From assembly GCA_022711395.1 (NCBI GenBank), contig JAKLFA010000001.1:131277-195276 (forward strand): a stretch of 64,000 nucleotides of DNA, given 5' to 3'. The notes beneath the pieces are model-generated. The model saw nothing but the letters and a program-made list of their open reading frames with translations, had not been told where the DNA came from and ran no database searches. Below, piece after piece: positions 1 through 8,506 of the stretch. This DNA comes from Candidatus Omnitrophota bacterium (GTDB lineage: Bacteria; Omnitrophota; Gorgyraeia; Zapsychrales; JANLHA01). How positions within the stretch are numbered: position 1 is the first letter of the stretch; every line of letters starts with the position of its first letter. The translations under genes and the position numbers were made by a program.

Positions 1-549
1 TTTGAATTCGATGGACTGCGGCAGGGACAACGAAGCCTCTGTGTTGACGGATACCAGATATAAAGGCGAAGCAGCGCCGGCCTGATCGATCACAGAAAAG
101 GCCCCGTTTTCGATGATGATCCGTTTCAGAAAGACCCGCGTGGATTTTTCAGATGCCGGTTTTTTCTGAAAAAGGTCCGTGATGTTCCACAGATGGTCGG
201 CCTGCCGGGTGAGCGCGGCCTGGGGATTGGTCAGGATCAGGGAGGGGATAATGACGGTGCGGTCCTTTAGAAGAGGGACCAGCAGGATGTTGAAATTGAT
301 CCTTTCAACAGATAAAAAGGTCTCTTCCGGATTGTCCTTCTGCTGGATCTTGAAATCTTCCAGCGTGACGCCTTTGGTCAAAGAATAACGCAGCTGGGAA
401 CAGGTGATCTTTCGGCCCAAAAAGTTCTGGCCCTGTTCCTGGAGCATGGTCTTTAAGGTCACAGGGATAAAAACGGTGTGCATGTAAACAGTAACGGCCA
501 CAATCATTAACAGCAAGACCAGCGCAATGATCAGGATGATTTTTTTCAT
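1..549 (-). CDS. AsmA/TamB-like membrane-anchored protein, N-terminal part (gene continues past window start)
   Basis: Own translation of minus strand from ATG (CAT at 547-549): MKKIILIIALVLLLMIVAVTVYM... has a single N-terminal TM helix then a soluble region. No stop before position 1. Absent from ORF track because it is open at the window edge. Confidence 0.4.
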   Translation of the reverse strand, partial: MKKIILIIALVLLLMIVAVTVYMHTVFIPVTLKTMLQEQGQNFLGRKITCSQLRYSLTKGVTLEDFKIQQKDNPEETFLSVERINFNILLVPLLKDRTVIIPSLILTNPQAALTRQADHLWNITDLFQKKPASEKSTRVFLKRIIIENGAFSVIDQAGAASPLYLVSVNTEASLSLPQSIEFK

Positions 550-604
550 GAAGCCATTATAACAAAAATTCAAAAGGGACAGAACCTCTTTTTCTGTTAT
601 CATA

Positions 605-631
605 TTGCACTTCGATAAATTCTGTTATAAT
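605..631 (+). promoter_or_regulatory. sigma70-like promoter (TTGCAC ... TATAAT) for the SET-SpoU gene
   Basis: TTGCAC at 605-610, perfect TATAAT at 626-631, AAAAGGAG Shine-Dalgarno at 643-650 before ATG 655. Confidence 0.5.
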
Positions 632-654
632 TGCGGTGTTTAAAAGGAGCAGGC

Positions 655-1692
655 ATGTCCAAGGTCTTGAAAAGAACGACGAGCCCTTATGTCCGGGTCG
701 AGGATTCCGGGATCCATGGGATGGGTGTTTTCGCGCGTAAGCGAATCCCCGCCGGGGTGGAGATCATCGAATATGTGGGGGAGAAGATCACCAAGGCCGA
801 ATCCGAGCGCCGGGCGGAAATTCCGCTTAATCAGCATAAAAAGGACCGGACCAAGGGCGCGGTCTATATTTTCACGCTGAACGCGCGGTATGATATTGAT
901 GGCAATGTTCCCTATAATACGGCGCGGCTGATCAATCATTCCTGTTCGCCGAACTGCGAAGCGGTCCTTTCCAGCGGGCATATCTGGATCACCGCCCTCA
1001 GGGATATTCAGCAAGGGGAAGAGCTGACCTACAATTACGGCTATGATCTGGACAGTTACGAGGACCACCCCTGCCGTTGCGGGGCCGAAAACTGCGTTGG
1101 ATATATTTTGGCGGAGGAACATTGGCCCAAACTTCATTTTAAGAAAAAGGCCCGCCGGCCCCGTCGGAAATTGACCCATGAGGAGATCGTCAAAAGGCAG
1201 GAAAAGAACGCGTCTTTGCCCAGGCTTCCCTTTGTGGTGGTTCTGGACAATTTGCGAAGCCTTCACAATGTCGGTTCCGCCTTCAGGACGGCCGATGGGG
1301 TCGGGCTTGAGAAGGTGTGGTTGTGCGGGATCACGGGATTTCCACCACAGTCGCAGATTTCCAAGACCGCCATCGGGGCTGAACAGGTCGTCTCCTGGGA
1401 ATATGAAGAGGATGTTGTGAGCGTGGTCAAAGGCCTCAAGCGCCAGGGATACCAGATCGTTCTTCTGGAACAAACGCCGCAAAGCCGCGATTATCACGAA
1501 TACGAACCGCACGCGCCGGTGTGTTTGATCATCGGCAATGAGGTCGACGGCATTTCGGAGTCGGTCGTCCCCCTGGCGGATTACGCCGTTGACATCAAGA
1601 TGCACGGAATGAAAAATTCGCTCAATGTTTCCGTGGCCTTTGGTATCGCCGCATACCATATCGGCAACCGTCTGAGGGACTTGTCTGTTTAG
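655..1692 (+). CDS. SET-domain methyltransferase fused to SpoU/TrmH-family (SPOUT) RNA 2'-O-methyltransferase
   Basis: N-terminal SET signatures: GVFARKRIPAGVEIIEYVGEKI, NHSCSPNCEA, EELTYNYG. C-terminal SpoU motifs: VVLDNLRSLHNVGSAFRTADGVG, LIIGNEVDGIS, IKMHGMKNSLNVSVAFGIAAY. Start moved to ATG 655, which has an SD; the ORF-track TTG at 631 lies inside the -10 box. Confidence 0.8.
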   Translation: MSKVLKRTTSPYVRVEDSGIHGMGVFARKRIPAGVEIIEYVGEKITKAESERRAEIPLNQHKKDRTKGAVYIFTLNARYDIDGNVPYNTARLINHSCSPNCEAVLSSGHIWITALRDIQQGEELTYNYGYDLDSYEDHPCRCGAENCVGYILAEEHWPKLHFKKKARRPRRKLTHEEIVKRQEKNASLPRLPFVVVLDNLRSLHNVGSAFRTADGVGLEKVWLCGITGFPPQSQISKTAIGAEQVVSWEYEEDVVSVVKGLKRQGYQIVLLEQTPQSRDYHEYEPHAPVCLIIGNEVDGISESVVPLADYAVDIKMHGMKNSLNVSVAFGIAAYHIGNRLRDLSV

Positions 1693-1726
1693 ACGGGAAG
1701 CCCTTTAAAACCTTCCGCACCATTCC

Positions 1727-1753
1727 TTTAGATTTTGTCTTTTTAAATCTAAA
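1727..1753 (+). promoter_or_regulatory. perfect 9-bp inverted repeat (TTTAGATTT-N9-AAATCTAAA), candidate operator overlapping the -35 region of the receiver-gene promoter; -10 TATACT at 1763-1768
   Basis: Inverted repeat read directly from the sequence. Located between the stop of the upstream gene and the SD GGAGGAGG before ATG 1798. Confidence 0.45.
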
Positions 1754-1797
1754 AATATTTCGTATACTATTATAAGAAAAAACAGGAGGAGGATGAT

Positions 1798-2304
1798 ATG
1801 GGAAAATCATGCAAGGTCCTGATCATTGATGATGAGAAAGATTTTTGCGAGCTTTTGAAGGAAAATCTTTCTTTAATGGATGAGTTTGAGGTCGCTTATG
1901 AGATCGATCCGCAGAAAGCGGAAGCCACCGTTGAACGGGAAGCGCCGGACATTATCCTGCTGGACAATGTGATGCCTAACCGTAAGGGGTCGGAGATCGT
2001 TCATGCTTTGAGAAGACAGGAAAAGACAAAAGGGATCCCGATCATCATGATCAGCGGCCGCGGGGAAATGGTCTTTTATAAAAAGACGGCTTCTTTTAAA
2101 TGGGAGGCGAACCGCCCGATCGTCAAGAACAGAGGGCAGATCAGCGACAGCAAGAATCCTGACTCGTTAGCCCAGGAGTATGGCGTGGATTGTTATATTT
2201 CAAAACCAGTGACCACGGATATTATTATTGAGGCGATGAAGGACCTGTTGAAGGCCAGGGGGAAGATCGGCGGCGCTGAAGGGGGAGAAGCGGCGGAGTT
2301 TTGA
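1798..2304 (+). CDS. stand-alone response-regulator receiver (CheY-like) domain protein
   Basis: DDEKD acidic pocket, LLDNVMP phospho-acceptor Asp, ISG, SKP Lys. About 35-aa insertion between beta4 and beta5. No output domain. Confidence 0.8.
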   Translation: MGKSCKVLIIDDEKDFCELLKENLSLMDEFEVAYEIDPQKAEATVEREAPDIILLDNVMPNRKGSEIVHALRRQEKTKGIPIIMISGRGEMVFYKKTASFKWEANRPIVKNRGQISDSKNPDSLAQEYGVDCYISKPVTTDIIIEAMKDLLKARGKIGGAEGGEAAEF

Positions 2305-2337
2305 TCAGATCAACATGCATACAGAGGAGAACGGTTT

Positions 2338-2838
2338 ATGATTAAAGTCGTGATGGTTGATGATGAGGTCGATCTGTGCATGATCGTGAAGGACAACCTT
2401 GAAGCGGCCGGGTCTTTTATGGTGGTGACGCATAATAAGCCGGAGACCGCGGAAGAGATCATAAAAAGAGAAAATCCGGACGTGATCCTGCTGGATATTG
2501 TCATGCCGGGACGTTCAGGTTCAGATATTATCCGGTCGCTGAAAGCGGATCCGGCGACCAAAAAGATCCCGATCATTGTTGTCAGCGGCAAGGGAGAGAT
2601 GGTCTTTAACAAGAAAAAAGGGGAGTTCCAGTGGATCCCGCATTCCAAGCTTGTTCAGACCAGGGGGGACCTGCCGGACGTTAAGGGCGCGGAGGCTTTG
2701 GCAGAGGCTTACGGGGTCGCGGATTATGTTTCGAAGCCGTTCTCGACAGAATTGCTTATTCAGGTCATACAGGATGTCGCGGCCCGCGGCCGTAAATCCA
2801 GCGCCCCAGGCGATGAAGGATCTGAGCAATTAATTTAA
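2338..2838 (+). CDS. stand-alone response-regulator receiver domain protein (paralogue of 1798..2304)
   Basis: VDDEVD, LLDIVMPGRSGSD, VVSGKG, SKP. Same insertion position as the upstream paralogue. SD GAGGAGAA. Confidence 0.8.
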   Translation: MIKVVMVDDEVDLCMIVKDNLEAAGSFMVVTHNKPETAEEIIKRENPDVILLDIVMPGRSGSDIIRSLKADPATKKIPIIVVSGKGEMVFNKKKGEFQWIPHSKLVQTRGDLPDVKGAEALAEAYGVADYVSKPFSTELLIQVIQDVAARGRKSSAPGDEGSEQLI

Positions 2839-2850
2839 AAGGTTTTTATC

Positions 2851-4155
2851 ATGAAGGAATCTCGCAGGCGGTCTTGGGGTGTTTGTGTTCTGGGTTGGTC
2901 CATGGTGATCGCCAATTTCGCGCTGGTCCTGCCGTATTATTACGCTGTGTTCGCGGATTCTTTTTTAACACATCCCCGGGTATCCTCTTTTTTGGCGATG
3001 GTCGCTGTGTTCCCGATCGATTTTTTCCATGGATATTTTCGGGACCAATGGCTTGTTCATGTTTCCTGGATGGTGCTGATCGTTATTTGCGCTTTTGGCA
3101 TCCTGTTATTGAACAAATTCGCCCGCGCGGTGTTCATTGTTCTTAACGTTATCCATATGACCGTGCTTTCGTATATTGTGATCCTCCATCATGGTCAGGG
3201 GAGCTTTCTGGATTTCTTTTTTAAAGGATATTTCAACATGGTCGCGGCGATCAGTTATGTCGGTTTTTTGACCCTGCCTGAGATCAGGGAGCAGTTCAAC
3301 ATTGAGTTGGAAGGGCTGCGGTTGAAAATATGGCTGGAGCGTCCGCTTAACAAGAAACCGTTGAAATCGGACGTGAACCGTTACGAGAGCCTGAGCGTCG
3401 CTTATGTTCAGTTGGGGCGCTTTGAGGAAGCGTTGGACGCGCTGGAGAAGGCGATCTCGGTCGATCCGGGAAACGCGAATCTCCATTTTCAAGTGGGGAT
3501 GATCCATATCCGGATGAACCGCTATCCGCAGGCGGCGCGGGCCCTGCAGGAGTCCGTGCGGCTGAACCCCATTCATTATGAGGCGAATTATAATTTGGGG
3601 TCGTTGTTCATGAGGGAGGGGTCGGCGAAGGAGGCGGCGGAATTTTTTCTTAAAGCGACGCACATTCAGCCGAAAAAAGAGCAGGCCTATCGCGACCTGG
3701 GGGACGCGTATATGTCTCTGAAGCGTTATGAGGACGCGTGCGCCTCTTTTAAGGAGGCGATCGCTCTTTCATCAAAGGACAGCTACTCGTATCTGCGCCT
3801 TGGTGTGATCCTGGGGCAGTTTCTCAATAACCCTCAGGAAGCTTTTGAGGCCCTGCGCACCTCCGTGCGGTTGGACCCGCAATGCTTTGAGTCTCAGTTT
3901 GAGTTCGCGAAGGCCTCGTTTTCGATGGGCCGTTTCAAGGATGCGGTGCGGGGTTTGAAGGAAGCGGACCGTTTAAATCCTGAAAATCCCAGTGTTTGTT
4001 ATTATTTGGGCTTGAGTTATGCTAAACTTAATGATCATCATTCAGCCCTGAGGCAGCATGCTCTTTTAAAAGAGCGTGACCCTGCTTTGGCCGGCGAATT
4101 GATGATCATGATCCACACGGCCGAGCATCCATCGATCGACGGGAAAGACGTTTGA
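2851..4155 (+). CDS. membrane protein with C-terminal TPR repeats
   Basis: N-terminal ~150 aa hydrophobic multi-TM region. Then repeated 34-aa TPR-like units (AYVQLGRFEEALDALEKAISVDPGNA ... YYLGLSYAKLNDHHSAL). Confidence 0.7.
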   Translation: MKESRRRSWGVCVLGWSMVIANFALVLPYYYAVFADSFLTHPRVSSFLAMVAVFPIDFFHGYFRDQWLVHVSWMVLIVICAFGILLLNKFARAVFIVLNVIHMTVLSYIVILHHGQGSFLDFFFKGYFNMVAAISYVGFLTLPEIREQFNIELEGLRLKIWLERPLNKKPLKSDVNRYESLSVAYVQLGRFEEALDALEKAISVDPGNANLHFQVGMIHIRMNRYPQAARALQESVRLNPIHYEANYNLGSLFMREGSAKEAAEFFLKATHIQPKKEQAYRDLGDAYMSLKRYEDACASFKEAIALSSKDSYSYLRLGVILGQFLNNPQEAFEALRTSVRLDPQCFESQFEFAKASFSMGRFKDAVRGLKEADRLNPENPSVCYYLGLSYAKLNDHHSALRQHALLKERDPALAGELMIMIHTAEHPSIDGKDV

Positions 4156-4206
4156 TCATGGAGGGGCCTTTCATCGTATCATGGAACGGTTGCAAGAGAG
4201 GAAACC

Positions 4207-5922
4207 ATGTTCAAAAGGATCTTGTGTGTGCTGGTGGTCTTGTGTTTTGGGTTCGGAACCGCGTCGCGGCTTGCGTTCGCGGCTGCTGAAACGGCCGGCT
4301 CCATTGTGGGCCGTGAACAGATCGAAAAGAACCAGGAACAGATCGAAGAGCGCATCAAAGCGCCCCGCCAATCCGATCAGGGAGAGGTTATTGAAGAGGG
4401 AGTGGAGGCCGATCATGGCCCTAAAGTCCTGATCCGTTCGATCGTGGTGGAAGGCGCGACGATTTTGACGGCCCAGGAGGTCCGGGCGGTAACGCTGCAG
4501 TATGAGGGTCAAGAACTTTCGCTCAAGGACATGCAGAAGGTCGCGGATCTGATCACCGCGGAATACCGCAAGAAGGGTTATGTGACATCGCGGGCGTATC
4601 TTCCACCGCAGAACATCGAATCGGGAACGTTGCTGATCCGGATCGTGGAGGGGACGCTGGGCGATCTTCAGATCCGGGGTAATAAATATTTTTCGTCGTC
4701 TTTACTGGCCAGAAAGATCGCGCTTAAGCCGCAGGATTTTTTTGATTACGCGAAACTTCAAAAAGCGCTCAGCGCCATCAATGAGCATCCGGACCGCAAG
4801 GCCAAGGCTGTTCTGATCCCGGGGCAGAAGAGCGGGACCACGGACGTGGTCCTGGAAGTGCAGGACCGCCTGCCCATTCACGCCGGGGTCGCTTATGACA
4901 ACTGGGGGTCCCGTTACGTGAATAAACATCGCTACGCAGGGATCCTTCAGCATAACAATCTCTTCGGCCAGGATGACAAACTGTATCTGAAATATCAGGA
5001 ATCGGAGGCGCAGCGCCTGCAGTTCGGCATGGCCCGGTATTCCTACCCTATCACGACGACGGTCGAGGCGGGTGGATACGCGGCCTATAACGAGGTCCGA
5101 TCGGGGCTGGAGTTCAAACCTCTGGATTCCAACGGTTCAGCGGCGCTTTACGGGGTATTTTTGAACAAACGGATGATCGAAGAGGATTCGCTCGATTTGC
5201 GTTTGAATTTCGGGTTTGACAGTAAAAGCATCGAGGATGAGTCGTTGGGAGGGGCGTCGCGGACGAGGGATGAACTGCGGGTCGTCAAAAGCGGGATTGA
5301 TGTTGATGTGAGCGATCCCCTGGGTCGGACCATCCTGACCACGGAATTGAACGCGGGGATCCCGAATTTTATGGGAGCGATGCAGGACCATGATCCTTTG
5401 GCCTCGCGGCCCAACGCCAGCGCTGATTTCACCAAGGGGGTCATGAATTTATACCGCCTGCAGCCGCTGCCCTGGGAACTGACGCTGCTGTGGAAGAACA
5501 CCGGACAGTTCACCAATCACCGGTTGGCCGCTGTTGAGGAGTTCCAGATCGGCGGTCCGACGAGCGTCCGGGGATATCCGGCCGCGGAATTTACCGGTGA
5601 TAAAGGGTATTACACATCCTTTGAGCTGTCATTTCCGGTCTATCCTCTTTCAAAAGACATCCGTGTCCCGTTCAGAAAACAGGACCGGCTTTATGATGCC
5701 CTGCGTCTGGTGGCGTTCTGGGATTGGGGCTATGTCAGCCGGCATCAACCTTCCGTCGGGGAAGAAGAGCACAACACATTACGGGCCGCTGGCTTCGGCG
5801 TGCGGCTGAATTTGACGGAACATCTGGATTTCGCTTTTGAGGTCGGTTATCCGCTGGGGGGGCCGGTCCCGTCCGATGAGGACCACGCCCATCCATGGAT
5901 CGAGTTCTCCTATATATTCTGA
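4207..5922 (+). CDS. ShlB/FhaC/HecB-family two-partner-secretion TpsB outer-membrane transporter (POTRA + beta-barrel)
   Basis: Signal peptide MFKRILCVLVVLCFGFGTASRLAFA. POTRA-like LIRSIVVEGATILTAQEV...KKGYVTSRAYLPPQNIESGTLLIRIVEGTLGDLQIRGN. C-terminal beta-barrel ending IEFSYIF (terminal Phe). Confidence 0.75.
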   Translation: MFKRILCVLVVLCFGFGTASRLAFAAAETAGSIVGREQIEKNQEQIEERIKAPRQSDQGEVIEEGVEADHGPKVLIRSIVVEGATILTAQEVRAVTLQYEGQELSLKDMQKVADLITAEYRKKGYVTSRAYLPPQNIESGTLLIRIVEGTLGDLQIRGNKYFSSSLLARKIALKPQDFFDYAKLQKALSAINEHPDRKAKAVLIPGQKSGTTDVVLEVQDRLPIHAGVAYDNWGSRYVNKHRYAGILQHNNLFGQDDKLYLKYQESEAQRLQFGMARYSYPITTTVEAGGYAAYNEVRSGLEFKPLDSNGSAALYGVFLNKRMIEEDSLDLRLNFGFDSKSIEDESLGGASRTRDELRVVKSGIDVDVSDPLGRTILTTELNAGIPNFMGAMQDHDPLASRPNASADFTKGVMNLYRLQPLPWELTLLWKNTGQFTNHRLAAVEEFQIGGPTSVRGYPAAEFTGDKGYYTSFELSFPVYPLSKDIRVPFRKQDRLYDALRLVAFWDWGYVSRHQPSVGEEEHNTLRAAGFGVRLNLTEHLDFAFEVGYPLGGPVPSDEDHAHPWIEFSYIF

Positions 5923-6028
5923 GCATGAGGAGCGTTTGATTTGCCGTCGATGTTATAAAACGTGTTCGTTTTTCAGATGCCGCATAGTATAATAAGGCAT
6001 CATCAATGAATTTCAGAGGAGGAAGGAC

Positions 6029-6568
6029 ATGAGACGTGCCAGCCTTGTGGGATGCCTGGTCTTAAGTTTGTGGGTCTTGGGATGCGGACAACCCCGGAAT
6101 TCGGTCCTGACGATCAACACGATCGAGATCAGTAAGCAGGAATTCGAGGACGCCTTTCAGCGTTCGCGTTATGCCTACATGGGCCAGGAAGGGAAAAAGC
6201 TTTTTCTGGACAGCTATATCAACATGAAGCTGATCCTTAAAGAGGCGGAGGAGCTTGGCCTGGACAAGGACCAGGAATTCTTGAGGGATATCCAGTTTTT
6301 TTGGGAGCAATCTTTATTAAAGGAAGCGATCGCCGCGAGGACCAATGAGCTGGCGTCCCAGGTCCGCGTGGGGGACTCGGAGGTGCAGAAGTATTATGAG
6401 GAACACAGGGCCGAGTTCGGCAATAAGCCCCTGTCCGAAGTCTACGACCAGGTCCGGTGGCTCCTTTTAAAGATCAAGCAAAGCGAAGCGGTGTCCCAGT
6501 GGACGGATGGATTGCGTTCACAGGCTGATATTAAAGTTGATTGGGCCGCATTGGGCCTTAACCCATAG
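6029..6568 (+). CDS. lipoprotein, SurA-N-like/chaperone-like (hypothetical)
   Basis: Lipobox LSLWVLGCGQ. Soluble helical domain. Confidence 0.4.
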   Translation: MRRASLVGCLVLSLWVLGCGQPRNSVLTINTIEISKQEFEDAFQRSRYAYMGQEGKKLFLDSYINMKLILKEAEELGLDKDQEFLRDIQFFWEQSLLKEAIAARTNELASQVRVGDSEVQKYYEEHRAEFGNKPLSEVYDQVRWLLLKIKQSEAVSQWTDGLRSQADIKVDWAALGLNP

Positions 6569-6578
6569 GAGGAAGATC

Positions 6579-7148
6579 ATGAAACCGGCATCGAAGCGTC
6601 GACAATATTTTATCGATCCCTCGTTTCAGTTGAAGTTTATTCTGAAGTTTTCCGTGATCGTTCTGGCCGCCTCGGTCTTGATCGGAGCGGCGCTGTTCTT
6701 GATCTTCCGCGGTTCGACCACTGTGGCCATCGAGAATACGAAAGTCGTCGTTAAAACAACCTCGGATTTCATTCTTCCGGCTCTGATCGTCACCCTGGCG
6801 CTTGTCGCGGGTTTTTCGTCGCTGGTGGTCATCGTTTTGACCCTGGTGTCCTCACACAAGATCGCCGGGCCGATCTTCCGGATCCAGCGGGAGCTGGAGC
6901 TTGTCCGGCAAGGGGACCTGACCCGGCAGTTCACGATCCGCAGCACGGACCAGTTGCAGGAATTGGCCCGTTCGCTCCATGTCATGACCGGCGCCCTGCG
7001 GGAAAAACACCTTGAGATCGGCGGGCAATGCCGTTCGCTGACGAATTTTCTTGAAGAAAAGAATTTCAGCGCGTCCCAGGAGGACCGGGCAAAACTTCAC
7101 CAGATGCTGAAAGACCTATACGAAGTCCTTAATTATTTTAAAGTCTAA
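6579..7148 (+). CDS. membrane protein with HAMP domain
   Basis: Start ATG 6579 after AGGAGGAAG. Two TM helices flank a periplasmic loop, then HAMP-like IAGPIFRIQRELELVRQGDLTRQF. Confidence 0.55.
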   Translation: MKPASKRRQYFIDPSFQLKFILKFSVIVLAASVLIGAALFLIFRGSTTVAIENTKVVVKTTSDFILPALIVTLALVAGFSSLVVIVLTLVSSHKIAGPIFRIQRELELVRQGDLTRQFTIRSTDQLQELARSLHVMTGALREKHLEIGGQCRSLTNFLEEKNFSASQEDRAKLHQMLKDLYEVLNYFKV

Positions 7149-7735
7149 TGAAACAGGCCTTATTGATAACAGCGATCGTGTGGATGTGGGTGACGGGTTG
7201 CGGGCATTTTTGCGCTCATGCCGCCGGGAACGTCTATCCATTGGTGGCGGAAGGCGAGTTTTTTGACATTTACGCCGATCCCCGGATCGACATTGAAAGC
7301 CTGTTGTCCCGGGTCAACTTCGACTATTTTTATCAGTTGGAGATGATCGGGCCGGTGAAAGAGGGAGGGCAGGCCCCCTCACCCCGTCAGGTCCTGTCAA
7401 AGACCCTGGACGGGATCTACCTTGAGGTCTGCGACACGCTCGGCATCGGGCTGTATTCCTTCCATGGGAATTTGAAAATCTTTCCGGACCAGCAGAGCTT
7501 AAGCGACGAATACCGGGCGATGTTCCAAAGCGATTTCACGGAGCGGTCGTTCTATTTTCATGAAACGAACACCCTGTATGTTTCCGCCGCGGACCTGACG
7601 GTCGGGATCATTGTTCACGAGATCGCTCACGTCGTTATGTCCCACTATTTTGTTGTCCCGCCTTCCGCGAAACTGCAGGAGATCCTTTCCGGTTATGTCG
7701 AATACCATTTTCGAAAACAATTAGGGACCCTTTAA
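7148..7735 (+). CDS. lipoprotein with HExxH (HEIAH) zinc-metalloprotease-like motif, hypothetical
   Basis: Lipobox WMWVTGCGH. Motif IIVHEIAHVVMSHYF. Confidence 0.4.
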   Translation: MKQALLITAIVWMWVTGCGHFCAHAAGNVYPLVAEGEFFDIYADPRIDIESLLSRVNFDYFYQLEMIGPVKEGGQAPSPRQVLSKTLDGIYLEVCDTLGIGLYSFHGNLKIFPDQQSLSDEYRAMFQSDFTERSFYFHETNTLYVSAADLTVGIIVHEIAHVVMSHYFVVPPSAKLQEILSGYVEYHFRKQLGTL

Positions 7736-7782
7736 AAAAGGACCCTCTGCTTTGTTGAGCTCAGAGGGCCCTGTTTTTAAAA
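7736..7782. terminator. bidirectional Rho-independent terminator between convergent genes
   Basis: AAAAAAG-GACCCTCTG-ctttgttgagct-CAGAGGGCC-CTGTTTTTAAAAA: GC stem flanked by A-run and T-run. Confidence 0.7.
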
Positions 7783-7793
7783 ACGGCGCCGCT

Positions 7794-8414
7794 TTAAAAG
7801 GTCCGGCCTGGGCCTTTTTGGGAAGAATGCCCGTGATGTTTTTGGCGGCGCTCGCCACGGTTCTGGCGGCGGGCCTCGGACAGAAGCGACTGCTTTTGTT
7901 CAGCGCTGAGGCTTTCGTCGCTGATGACGCTGAGGAAACGGTCTTTGCGTTGGGCATAACGGGCGTTCTGCTGTTCGGCCCGCTTTTCGTAACGGGATTG
8001 GAACTCCGTCAGGATCCGTTGTTTTTCTTCTTCGCTTAAGTCCGGGTCCTGGTTCAGTTTTTCCGTAAGCCGGGAGAGATTCTCAGCGTGGAGATCCTGC
8101 CGGAATCGATCGCGGACCTGTTTTTGTTCCTCTATATGCCGGAGGACGGCGTCCTGTCGAGCCTGGGGCTCAAGGGCTTGCAATGAGCGAAAAAATTCTT
8201 TTCGTTTTTGTTCCTGCTCTTTCCGGAATGTTTCGATCTTTTTACGGCTTGACTGGCGGATATCATTGAACATTCCTTGTCTTTGGCCTGTCCGTTGCCA
8301 AGGACAATTTCCCTCGGCGTTCCAATTTGGTGAGGATCCCGGCCCGGCAAAAGCCCGGGGTGAGACCATTAAAAAGAATAAAGCTGTATAGGCGGATGTT
8401 CTTATGATGTTCAT
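7794..8414 (-). CDS. secreted CpxP/Spy-like (LTxxQ-motif) periplasmic protein, hypothetical
   Basis: Signal peptide MNIIRTSAYTALFFLMVSPRAFAG. Highly charged helical protein with LTEKLNQ / LTEFQ motifs. Confidence 0.4.
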   Translation of the reverse strand: MNIIRTSAYTALFFLMVSPRAFAGPGSSPNWNAEGNCPWQRTGQRQGMFNDIRQSSRKKIETFRKEQEQKRKEFFRSLQALEPQARQDAVLRHIEEQKQVRDRFRQDLHAENLSRLTEKLNQDPDLSEEEKQRILTEFQSRYEKRAEQQNARYAQRKDRFLSVISDESLSAEQKQSLLSEARRQNRGERRQKHHGHSSQKGPGRTF

Positions 8415-8506
8415 GTGCGCTCCTTAGGTTGATGTTCTTCCATGTTCGGGACGTCCGTTGATGTAAACACGGACGCGTTGAAAAAGTTTCGGTCTTTTTC
8501 AAAAAA

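Noticed and set aside
640-1659. 339-aa ORF on minus strand fully inside the SET-SpoU gene
   Set aside because: Antisense shadow ORF typical of GC-rich coding DNA. No motifs. The sense strand has clear domain signatures.
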